DNA from: Azolla caroliniana
Lineage: Eukaryota; Plantae; Polypodiophyta
Assembly: GCA_043228905.1 (NCBI GenBank)
Contig: JBHGNT010000003.1
Coordinates: 12,710,001-12,774,000, forward strand
Reading direction: 5' to 3'
Length of the DNA stretch: 64,000 nucleotides
Shown here: one piece after another, positions 38,683 to 48,464 of the stretch
Layout: the number at the start of each line of letters is the position of its first letter
Numbering within the stretch: position 1 is the first letter of the stretch
Made by a program: the position numbers and the translations under genes
Notes under the pieces: generated by a model
Databases searched by the model: none
What the model was told of the DNA's origin: nothing
Seen by the model: the letters and a program-made list of their open reading frames with translations, nothing else

Positions 38683-40799
38683 TCTCGGTTATCGGAACCG
38701 AGGGAGTCGCGGTTACGCTCGTGGTTCGGCCTAACCGTCAAAAACTGGACCGAATGGCGCCCGTCCTGGCTCTTGACCCGCGCATAGGCCGAACCGTTGT
38801 CCAGCACCTTGGTCTCCATTCGAGCCGCCGTGATGTACGGCTCTCCCAGTATGACGGGGTGCGATGACGACTCCTGCACGAAGAAGTGCTGGTCTATCTC
38901 GACATCGCCGATCTTGACCCGTACATTCGGGCAGGCCCCGTGAAGTTCCTCGGTGGCGCGCGTCGCCGCCCTTATCTTCCACCCGTGCTTGGTGTTGATC
39001 GGCCATTTGCCCTTCTTATAGAAGTCCATGGACATCAGGTTGATTTCCGATCCGTGGTCCACCAAAGCTACTACCGGTTCCTGGACATCGCCGATCTTTA
39101 CCGGGGTTTCCGTGGTCGCTCGGGCCCAGTGTGGCCGCGAATAGTGGCTCTCCGCCCACTCGTCTTTCAGCGCCATGTCGTCCAGGTGCGTCGTCCGCAC
39201 CTCTACCGGTCTTTCCGGTTCTGTCTCCGTTGACAGCCTCTTCCGTTTCACCAAGTCCACGATGGAGTCGTGGAACTCCTTCTTGGCGATTCCCAGCACC
39301 TCCCGTAGCGACAACTCCACCTTGCTGTCGAGGATCCGTTCCTCCAGGACCTTTCGTAAGTCCGTGGTTCTTTCTATCTCCGTCCCCAGACGGTACCCGC
39401 CCTTCTGGGGTTTATCTTGCGTACCGGCCCCGCCGGCTTCGTCCCGTCGTGGCCCGGACCGGGTCTCGTATCGTTGTGAGGGCCCGGTCGTCCCGGGTTT
39501 CCCCACCCGCTTCTCTTCTACCAGAGCCTCGTAGTTCCGGCAAGCGGCTTCCACGAAGCCCGTCTTTTCCTCGACCGGGTCGCTCCACCCGGTCATCTCC
39601 CGTACCCGTTTCTCCGCACGGTCCGATTCCTCCCTTTTAAGCCCTGCACCGGCAAGGCCTCCCAGCATCGTCGGCCAGAATCCGGCTTTGCTTTCCTTTC
39701 GGGCCTCGCCGCCCCCGACTCGAATACCGGCCGACGCCGAGTAGTGGACGGTTTCCGCATGTCGGGCCGCCGCCTCTTCCATCAACCTCTTCATTCCGCC
39801 TCGCCCGTCGTTTCGGTTTAGGGCCCTTCTCGTGTCGTTGGCGTGAACCCGGCCTTCCCATAGGTACACCACCCGGTTCCTCAGCGCCTCTGCGAAATCG
39901 CCGCAGTCTTTTCGGATGTGGCCGACCCCGTCGCACCACATGCACCTGTTCCCTGCCGCCGGCCGTCGGTCACGAGCAGGTCCTCCGTCTTCTCTGCGGG
40001 CCTGTGCGATTTGGAGGTCTTTTATCGCCCTCGTCAGTTCCTCCAACGCAGCTCCTCCAGTCGAGCCTCTGATCACGCCGGTCGGAGCTGAACCGGATTC
40101 CAGCCACTCCCGAGTCTCTTCCCTTCGCACCGGCTGCGCCGGCTCGAGTTTCCTCGCCGCGACTGAGCCCGAACCGGTTGCTCTGTCATCCTCCCATTCT
40201 CGCCGTTTGTCGAAACGGCCGCAGGCTCTCTTGACCGCCGCCCAGTCGGCTGTCAGCCCGTCTTCGGTTTCTAGCAGGGCGCCCACGTGACTCCGATCCC
40301 TCTCGTCAACCGATTTGACGAACAGCAGGACCCGGCTTGTATCCAGGACCATCCTGTCAAGCGCCGAAAGGCGCGCGAAGTTCTCCTCGAACTCCCGGAG
40401 GAGTGCCGACGCATTCCTTCCTTTCCCGGGAGACTCCACCCACTCCATGAAGCTTCGCTTCGAAAGCCGGAGCGCGTCGTCCAGTCCGTATTTCTCCAGG
40501 AGCCGACCTTCGAACTCCTCCCAGGTACGGCTCTCCGCCCGCACCTCGAGCACCTCCGCGTGGATGCTCGGCATTGCCACTCGGGGAAAACCGGCAAGAC
40601 GCCTTTCTTCCGGAATGTCCCGCATCAACATTTCTGCACCGTAGGACGCCAGATACTTCGTGGCATCCCTCCCATCGAACCGGCCGATCGTGCCGACGAC
40701 CGCCTCAATAGCTCTGTCGAGGGCACCGGTACCCTCGCGCGCGTTTACGATCCGATCCACGGCCGAAGCCATGGCCTCTGCGAGATCCGACCCCCTCAT
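38673..40799 (-). CDS. gag: gag-protease polyprotein (708 aa from the first ATG)
   Basis: RFDGRDATKYL; Zn knuckle CMWCDGVGHIRKDC; aspartic protease ALVDHGSEINLM...VILGEPY; no stops. Confidence 0.93.
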   Translation of the reverse strand: MRGSDLAEAMASAVDRIVNAREGTGALDRAIEAVVGTIGRFDGRDATKYLASYGAEMLMRDIPEERRLAGFPRVAMPSIHAEVLEVRAESRTWEEFEGRLLEKYGLDDALRLSKRSFMEWVESPGKGRNASALLREFEENFARLSALDRMVLDTSRVLLFVKSVDERDRSHVGALLETEDGLTADWAAVKRACGRFDKRREWEDDRATGSGSVAARKLEPAQPVRREETREWLESGSAPTGVIRGSTGGAALEELTRAIKDLQIAQARREDGGPARDRRPAAGNRCMWCDGVGHIRKDCGDFAEALRNRVVYLWEGRVHANDTRRALNRNDGRGGMKRLMEEAAARHAETVHYSASAGIRVGGGEARKESKAGFWPTMLGGLAGAGLKREESDRAEKRVREMTGWSDPVEEKTGFVEAACRNYEALVEEKRVGKPGTTGPSQRYETRSGPRRDEAGGAGTQDKPQKGGYRLGTEIERTTDLRKVLEERILDSKVELSLREVLGIAKKEFHDSIVDLVKRKRLSTETEPERPVEVRTTHLDDMALKDEWAESHYSRPHWARATTETPVKIGDVQEPVVALVDHGSEINLMSMDFYKKGKWPINTKHGWKIRAATRATEELHGACPNVRVKIGDVEIDQHFFVQESSSHPVILGEPYITAARMETKVLDNGSAYARVKSQDGRHSVQFLTVRPNHERNRDSLGSDNREDF

Positions 40800-40821
40800 C
40801 TTCTGCTCTTCTGCCGCCTCT

Positions 40822-40839
40822 TTCACGTCGGGTTCACCA
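40822..40839 (-). promoter_or_regulatory. Primer binding site, 18 nt, tRNA-Trp
   Basis: TGGTGAACCCGACGTGAA, 3 nt after the LTR; complement of the 3' end of plant cytosolic tRNA-Trp(CCA), ...UUCACGUCGGGUUCA-CCA (tRNA sequence from memory). Confidence 0.85.
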
Positions 40840-40842
40840 AGA

Positions 40843-41559
40843 TGTCGGGGTTGCTACGCCCTTGCGTGTAGAAAGGAGGAGGGACCACGGGGGTCTTGAA
40901 CCGAAGAACAAGAGAGAGAGAGATAAGAGAGAGAGACCCCGATTACACAGAACCGAAGTTCCGATTGCGCAGAACCGACGATTACACAGGGACACGGCCC
41001 AACAAACAGAGAACACAAATAAACGCCGACGCAGATGGACGCAACAACGAAAGATATGTACTTATGAATGCAAGAAAATAACAGACTAAAGTACTACAAC
41101 CCTCAGTGGGGCACGAAATAGATACTAACGAAAACGAACAGGGCGGCGAACAGATGCCGACCCCTGTATGTCGCGACGCACAGAAAGGGGAAACAGGTCG
41201 GAGGTGCTGCAGGACGCACTCGGGCGTTCCACGGAACAGCGCAAGCCTCCTCGAAACCTGCACAGGTACGCGATGGAGCAGAAGACAGAGAGAGCAGGAG
41301 TGAGAGAGAGGCTCCGAAATCGGTTCGGCAGCACTTCGTCCTCTCCGCGGGAGATGTCCGACTTCTATTCTTCCTCTTCCTTTTATAGCCCGTCAAGAGG
41401 CCGTTTGGCATTAACTGCATACCAACCGAATCTGCCCACCTAGGATCCTCGTATGTACCTACTTCGTCCTTAGGTACTTCTTGGCGCGCGTGTGTGTGTA
41501 GAGCCGTTTCCCACGCCTTGTTCCTCCGATTCCTCTTGTGGGCGGTTTTCTTCACGACA
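40843..41559 (-). repeat. 5' LTR of the intact element
   Basis: Direct repeat of 34396-35112; minus-strand CTATAAAAGG TATA-like motif at ~41379-41388. Confidence 0.97.
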
Positions 41560-43873
41560 GCGGTTGATTTTTGGAACACCCGGTCCAGTGATGACTAGAT
41601 CATCAACATACATCAGAATACATACCGGACCGGCTGAGCCTTGCCAGATGAACAATGAAGAGTTCGATTTGGAGACCACAAACCCTATCTTACGCAACTG
41701 GTGTGTGATCTTTGCATTCCAAGCTCGAGGGGCTTGCTTCAGGCCGTACAACGACTTCTTTAGCCGGCATACCGCCGACTTGTTCATCTCCGATTGAAAA
41801 CCAGGAGGCTGAGTCATAAAGACTTCTTCTTCAAGATCACCTTGAAGAAATGCATTCTTCACATCCATCTGATGAAGATGCCACCCCCTTGCCGCAGCAA
41901 CCGCTAGCACCACTCGAACCGTCATCATCTTCGCTACAGGAGCGAAGGTCTCGTCGTAGTTGATTCCGTGGGTTTGCGCGTATCCCTTCGCCACTAACCG
42001 GGCTTTATACCGGTTAACAGAACTGTCAGCATTGTACTTTACCTTGTATATCCACTTGCATCCGATCGGTTTACAATGACGAGGAGGGTCAACCAGGTCC
42101 CATGTCTTGTTGACATCAAGTGCCCGCACTTCTTCCTCCATAGCGGCACGCCAATGTGTGTCCTTGGCCGCTTCTGTGTAGATCTCCGGCTCACGCACTT
42201 CCACCACCTTAGTCATGTACGCATAGTGATGCACCATGTACTCATTGTACCCGTACTTCTTGACGGGATCCTTTTGGCGGGTGGACCGGCGTAACTCACC
42301 ATTACCCGGTTTGAGGCCCTTCTTGACCGGTTCGGTCTTCATTGCCGAAGATCCGCCTTTCTCCTTGCCGGAGTTGGATGCACACCGATCCGACTCATCA
42401 TATCCGGTTTCGAATTCCGGTATCTTCTTCTTCCCCTTCTCTTTGCGCGTGAACCGTCTCCTCGGTTCCTTACACGGGGAGTGCACGACAGAGTCTCCAC
42501 TACTCGCCGGTTCCTCATCGGACTGGTCAAATTGAGTCAGTTTCTCGTTCGGCCCGCTCAACCGGAACGATTCCGGACTCTCATCTCGAGTCCACGCTTC
42601 ATCATCCTCTACTTGGGCCGGTTCAGGCTCACTAGCCTCATCCTCCGGCATCGGGTCAGATTCGGAAGTTGGAGTCGGTAAGGAGTACCACGATGCCGAT
42701 TCATCAAACTCGACATCTCGACTAACTCGAACCTGCCTTGTCCGGGGGTTATAACACTTATAACCCTTTTGCTCTTGAGCATAGCCAACTAGGATGCATT
42801 TTTCCGATTTTGCATCCAGCTTCCTCCGCTTCTCATCTAGTACATGCACAAATGCAATGCTACCGAAGATCTTAAGGTGTGTCAAATTCGGCTTCCGCCC
42901 GAAATACAGCTCGTGAACTGACACCTTGTCACTGATCTGGTTCTGGATGTAGACAACCGTTCGGACTGCCTCTGCCCAGTAGAATATGGGCATGCTCTTC
43001 TACTCCAGCATTGCCCTTGCCGCATCGATAAGAGACAGGTTCTTCCTCTCGGCAACATTGTTCTGTTGCGGTGTGTATTTGCAGTTGAACTCTCGCCGAA
43101 TTCCCGTTTGTTGCAGATAACTGTTGAATTGGCCGGAAAAGTATTCTTTCCCACCATCCGACCGTAGGCATTTGATCTTCCTCTCCGATTCCCGTTCCAC
43201 CATGCTTCGGCGACTCCGGAAACACTCGAAGACTTCACTCTTACGCTCAATGAGGTACTAGATCCATGTGTGCCGCGTATAGTCGTCGATGAAGGAGACG
43301 AAATATCGACTCCGGGCAAGATTAACATTCTGTGCCGGTCCCCACACATTCGAATGGATTAGGTCGAGCTTGTTACGGCTCCGGTTACGTTCGGTGGGGA
43401 ATGGAAGTCGGTGTTGCTTCCCGAGTTGGTAGGCTTCACATACTTGGGCCTTCCGGCCGCTGAACTTCGACAAACCGAAAACAACTTGTTTCGTTTGCAA
43501 GTCTTGAAGCCTCCGGTAATTGACATGGCCTATCCGCTTGTGCCACAGGTCGATGTCCGATTCAACCTTCTGTCCTTTTGCAAACCAAGCGATACCAACG
43601 TCATTGGTGTCGAGGATAAACATCCTCCCATCTCTGCACCCTTGAGCAATAATCTGGCCCTCTTCCTCGATGAAGCACCCTAGGTGCATAAACCGCACCT
43701 ACATCCCCTGGTCGACGATCTGTCCGACTGACACTAGGTTCTTCGTGATTGTCAGAATGTGTAATACGTTCATCAACTTCCCCTTCTGTCCGACGTGGCT
43801 CAAATGGACTTCTCCGACGTGCACGATTGGGTGAGGAGTGTCGTCTTCGGTTTCAACTACTCCTGGTTGATCC
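41560..43873 (-). mobile_element. Ty1/Copia copy 2, continuation (RT, INT, part of PR); 5' end lost
   Basis: ORF 41470-42993 ([32 protein letters not shown]); CLRSDGGKEY; DLWHKRIGH; stops abruptly at 43873. Confidence 0.92.
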
Positions 43874-44525
43874 GATAGAAAGCTAATCATACAAATGTAG
43901 TGTGCATGAAAACCAAAGTTAGAAAAAGCATGATGTTTGCATGTGATAAACTTAGACTCTTCCATTACTATATAAGGGAGAGAGAAAGATGTATAGAGCT
44001 TGTGGATTTTTTGTAGGGGGAATTAATATAAAATATTCGTGGGATTCACGATTTTGCCATCTATTTCTCTCTTACAATCTAAGTATCAATTAATACACTA
44101 TACTCGTGGGATTCACGAGTTTCATATCTTCCTCTTGCAATCTATTCATAACTAACCTTATCTCATATTCTTCTTTCTCCTAGTCCAAAACCCTAGCGAG
44201 TCCCACCCGACTCACGCCAACGATCCGAAGCGAAAGGCCCGACAATGTGACAAAAGCTCGACTCGAAGTCTGAGAAATGTATCCTCGTAGGATACTCACT
44301 CAAACAAAAGGGGTACAAATGCTACAACCCATCTACCCGAAAAGTTCACGTAAGTCGAGATGTCGTTTTCAACGAGTACGCATCCTGGTACGCACCAGAA
44401 ACAACTTCGACTCTGACTCCACTCGACCCGAAATCCGCTGAAATGGAGATAGAAGACGAAGATCGGCTCACACGCATGTTTGAAGAAAGCCTGATTACGA
44501 CATGGCTTAGTGGACCACGGGAGCC
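43874..44525 (+). repeat. 652-bp duplicate of 55700-56351 (partial LTR plus its 3' Copia flank)
   Basis: Near-identical at a constant offset of 11826, crossing the LTR end (44244 corresponds to 56070). Confidence 0.92.
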
Positions 44526-45780
44526 ATCTATTTCATATCTTCCTCTTGCAATCTATTCATAACTAACCTTATCTCATATTCTTCTTTCTCCTAGTCCAAA
44601 TCCCTAGCGGTTCCCACCCGACTCACGCCAATTATCTGGAGCGAAAGGCCCGACACAAGTAGTGAACCCGATGTGAAACCCAGGTGGCAAGGAGTGGAAA
44701 ATCAACCAGAAACTAAAAACATAATGGCAATGTTCGAGCAGATGTTACAAGAACAACACGCGATGTTGGAGATTGCGGCGGCAGTAGAGCGGCTCGTGCA
44801 ACGTAACAGGCAATTCAACGGGAAGGATGTGTCGCGATATTTGCGGGATTACAAGGCGGAAATGCTACAGTGCGGAATATTGGAAGGATTGCAGGTTACA
44901 TACTTCAATCGGGTGGCTATGAACGGGCTTCAAGGGAGTATCCACAGGATACGACAACAAAATCCGACGTGGGAAACATTTGAAGAAACGCTAAAGACCA
45001 CGTTCGCCATTGAGGACTTCTCCAAGGCAATGCGAAGGGGATTTGAAGATTGGGTGGAAATGCCAGACAAGGGGCTGAAGATGCTCGATGTGTTTTCGGC
45101 ATTTGAAAGTCAGTTCAGGAGGTTGTCCGCGAGAGATCAAGCTATCCTCGCACTGGACAAAGTGATCATGTTTCTACGAGCCGTGGATGTCCGAGACCGG
45201 AAAGATCTTAGAATGCTTCTAGAGGACACCACTACTGAGAGTGGCCTCTCCAATACATGGGAAAACATGCGGGACATCGTCGCACGATACACAAAGAGGG
45301 GGAAATGGCTTGGTAGTGAAGAAAAGAGGGTTTCAGAACCAATTCCGAAACCAAGATCCGGATTGGAAGACCATCAACTGCGAGCTTGGGAGACTACGGC
45401 CGAGAAGGGAATCGATGCAACCACGGTGGAGCAGTTGCTGAAGGAGATGGAGAATCTGAAAATCGTGATGGTGAAGAAATTGGATGACCATCCCACAAGT
45501 TCCAAGTATATGGACGGTCGATGCATATGGTGCGATAGCACCGAACATGATCGGAGGGATTGCGATGAGCACAAGGAGGCGCTACGACGGGACCTTATCT
45601 ACTACGAGGGAAATCAGATTCATTCGATGGACTCTCGGAAGCCACTCCGACCGAACTTCTGAATAGGCGGCATGAAGAAGGCCCTAGAGGAGGAAATAGC
45701 GGCGAAAACCAATTATGCAACAACCACGGGGATATGTGTGGGTGAGTCCTCTGGACCAAAGGCGTCCTTTTGGCCGGAAG

Positions 45781-46259
45781 TGTTACCGTACGAGACATAC
45801 GTGTGATTGATAAGTGTGATAAGTGAGGGTGAAAGATGTAATGTGTGGATATGTATGTGTGATTTTGTACGATTATGAGTGTGAATGTAAGTGTGAATGT
45901 GGTAGATACAAAGAGGTGTGAGTGAGTGACTAGGTGTGAGTGCCAAAGGGGCTTGCACCCTTGTGGATCTACCCCTTTGTACCTATTTAAGCCCTTATGG
46001 GGAATGAATGAACAATGATCATTTTCTCTCTCAATCTCTCTCTCTCTCTCTTCCCTCCCCTTAACGTTGAACCCCCTTGGGAGGGGGGTGGAGCCATTCT
46101 AGGCACTAACCCCCACCCTGCAATGCTTCTCAATGCTTGTCAACATCTTCATGATCTCTCTCACCATCATACTCTCCATCATCTTCATTATTACACCATG
46201 TCTATCTTTGTCATCAATAATCATCATTACCATTAACCCTAACCCTAAAACCTACAATA
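45781..46259 (+). mobile_element. Solo LTR, family A (479 bp)
   Basis: Starts TGTTACCG, ends ACAATA (probably a mutated CA); perfect TSD ggaag 45776-45780 / 46260-46264; removal restores gag FWPEVLE. Confidence 0.9.
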
Positions 46260-47209
46260 GGAAGTGCTAGAAAACCCAGAGAAAATTGATTCTAATGAGA
46301 TCCGAAGAACCGTGGAAGGCATCTGAGAAGCTACGGGATGTGAGTGCCCCGTCGATAAGAATAGTGGGTATGCCCTATGCCAATTACATGAGGTTATGTA
46401 AATCAGGAACGACAGCACACGGATGATGCGGCCGGACCATCAAAGATGATGGAGGGCTGGAACTCCGAAGGGAAAGGAAAAGGAAAAACAATTCCGGCAT
46501 TCAAACTCGCTTCGGACATCGAGCAATAGACGGACTTAAAAAAGGTGTTTGAGGAGAGAATCCTCGATACCCGGGTAGATTTTTCGCTTCGGGAATTATT
46601 CGGAATAGCGAAGAAGGAGTTCCACGATCTTCTTGTGGATCTCGTGAAGAGAAAATGACAAAATACGGAGGAAAATGCTCGAAGGGTGAATGCAAATACC
46701 GTTCTAATGATTAACACCGAAGTGGAAAATGAAATTCCGAACTCCCACTACACAAGGCCACATTGGGCACACACAACTACGGAGACTCCGGTCCGAATCG
46801 GAAACATGAAGGAGCCCATACTGGCATTGATTGATCATGGATCGGAGATCAATTTGATGTCCAAGGAGTTCTACCGAAAGGGGAAGTGGCCTATTAATAC
46901 TAATCATGGATGGAAGATCCGAGCAGCCACTAAAGCAACGGAAGATTTATTTGTGGCTTGTCCGGATGTGACGATGAAGATCGGAGATGTGAAGATTGAC
47001 CAAAATTTCTTCGTGCAAGATGAGGTCTCCCACTACGTCATCCTCGGACAACCCTTTATCACGACTTCACGGATGGAGACAAAGGTGCTCGATAGTGGAG
47101 CGGCTTTTGCATGAATTTGGAGGGAAAGTGGAGGGAAAACAGTCCAATTCCTAACCGTGCCATCAAATCACGAAAGGAACAAGAGAGAGCTCTTGTCCCA
47201 AACAAAAAT

Positions 47210-47273
47210 GGATTTTTAAAGCAGACTGTTGCGGAGTGGGGAAGTGATAGTCTGAGAAACCTTGATACCCCAC
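47210..47273 (+). promoter_or_regulatory. Second copy of the putative -1 frameshift signal
   Basis: G_GAT_TTT_TAA; 6-nt spacer; stem 47223-47232 / 47244-47253; GTGGGG 47236-47241 pairs with CCCCAC 47268-47273. Confidence 0.75.
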
Positions 47274-48464
47274 ACAGGAAGAAACCTCTCGGAGCAAAAC
47301 AAGTACGAATTAGTCTGGATGGGGCATCTACGTACACGGCCATAACCGGAGTAATGAAGGAAGAATTCCAAAAGGTGCAAGATGAGTTACGGTCTGCATC
47401 AATAATAAAAGAAGGTGAAGAAATCGTGGGAATAGTCGAAGAAGTGTTCTATGGGAACACGCTATAACGGCTTGAAGAGCTTCCGGTAGAGATGTATGAG
47501 ATCATTGCGAAAATGGAGTTGGATGTGCTCCGCAAACAAGAAGCAATGGTATGTACGCAATATAAGACCGTGGAAAAGAAGGTGAAACCGGCCGCGGGAC
47601 CGCTACCCGCCAATAGCGAACAAAAGAGGAAAGAAGTCTCGGGAGATCCGACACGTCGGAAGTCCGTGGATATCGGACATGCCTTCAAGGATGAGACCCG
47701 GAAGAAACTTTGGATTGGTGGAGGTGGTTTCCTCTCACAAAATGAAGAAGAACGGTTTCGTGAGATGTTGGAGCAACATGGAAGAGCATTTGCATTCACA
47801 TCGAGATAGATAGGGTGTGCTGATCCGAAGATAGTGGAGCTTATAATGATCTTCACGATTGACCATGTACTGTGGAACTTGAATCCGATTCCGGTGCCAC
47901 AGGCACATATTCCGAAAATCATTGGCTTGCTCAAGGAGAAGGTGGCGATGGGGATTCTAGAGCCATCAAACGCCCTGTACTCAAATCAATGGTTTACGGT
48001 TCTAAAGAAAAATGGGTCACTCCGATTTATTCAAGATTTGCAACTGGTGAACAAGGTCACGATCCGGAACTCTGGAGTCGGTCCGATAGTGGACCAATTT
48101 GCGGAAGCGTTTGCCGATCGCACGATATACTCCATCGGAGACCTATACTCTAGGTATGACCAATTCGAAGTAGCCGTGGAGAGCCGAGACATCACTACCA
48201 TGCGAACACCGATAGGATTAGTCCGGTTGTGCATGGTACCACAAGGCGTGACAAACTCGGTCACACATATTATGAATGCGATGAACAAGGTGCTCCGGGA
48301 CTGCATTCTGGAGATAACGATGCCATTCCTAGATGACATTCCAATAAAAGGATGTGTTGTAGAAGAAAAAGATGAGACTATGGATGATCAGGGATGCCGA
48401 AAGTTCATAGTTCACCATATTCGTGATTGCGAGAAAGTGTTACGGAAGTTAGAAGATGTGCAAC

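Larger units (their letters stand above)
34396..41559 (-). mobile_element. Intact young Ty3/Gypsy element (7164 bp), tRNA-Trp primed
   Basis: 717-bp LTRs at offset 6447 with no mismatch found by eye; TG..CA termini; 4-bp TSD gcgg; two uninterrupted ORFs. Confidence 0.97.

Noticed and set aside
40822-40839. tRNA gene
   Set aside because: Only the 3' 18 nt including CCA are present, at PBS position; no cloverleaf.
35266-40899. Numerous antisense and alternative-frame ORFs of up to 311 aa
   Set aside because: Expected shadow ORFs of GC-rich coding sequence; no recognisable motifs, and not retained in the related element.
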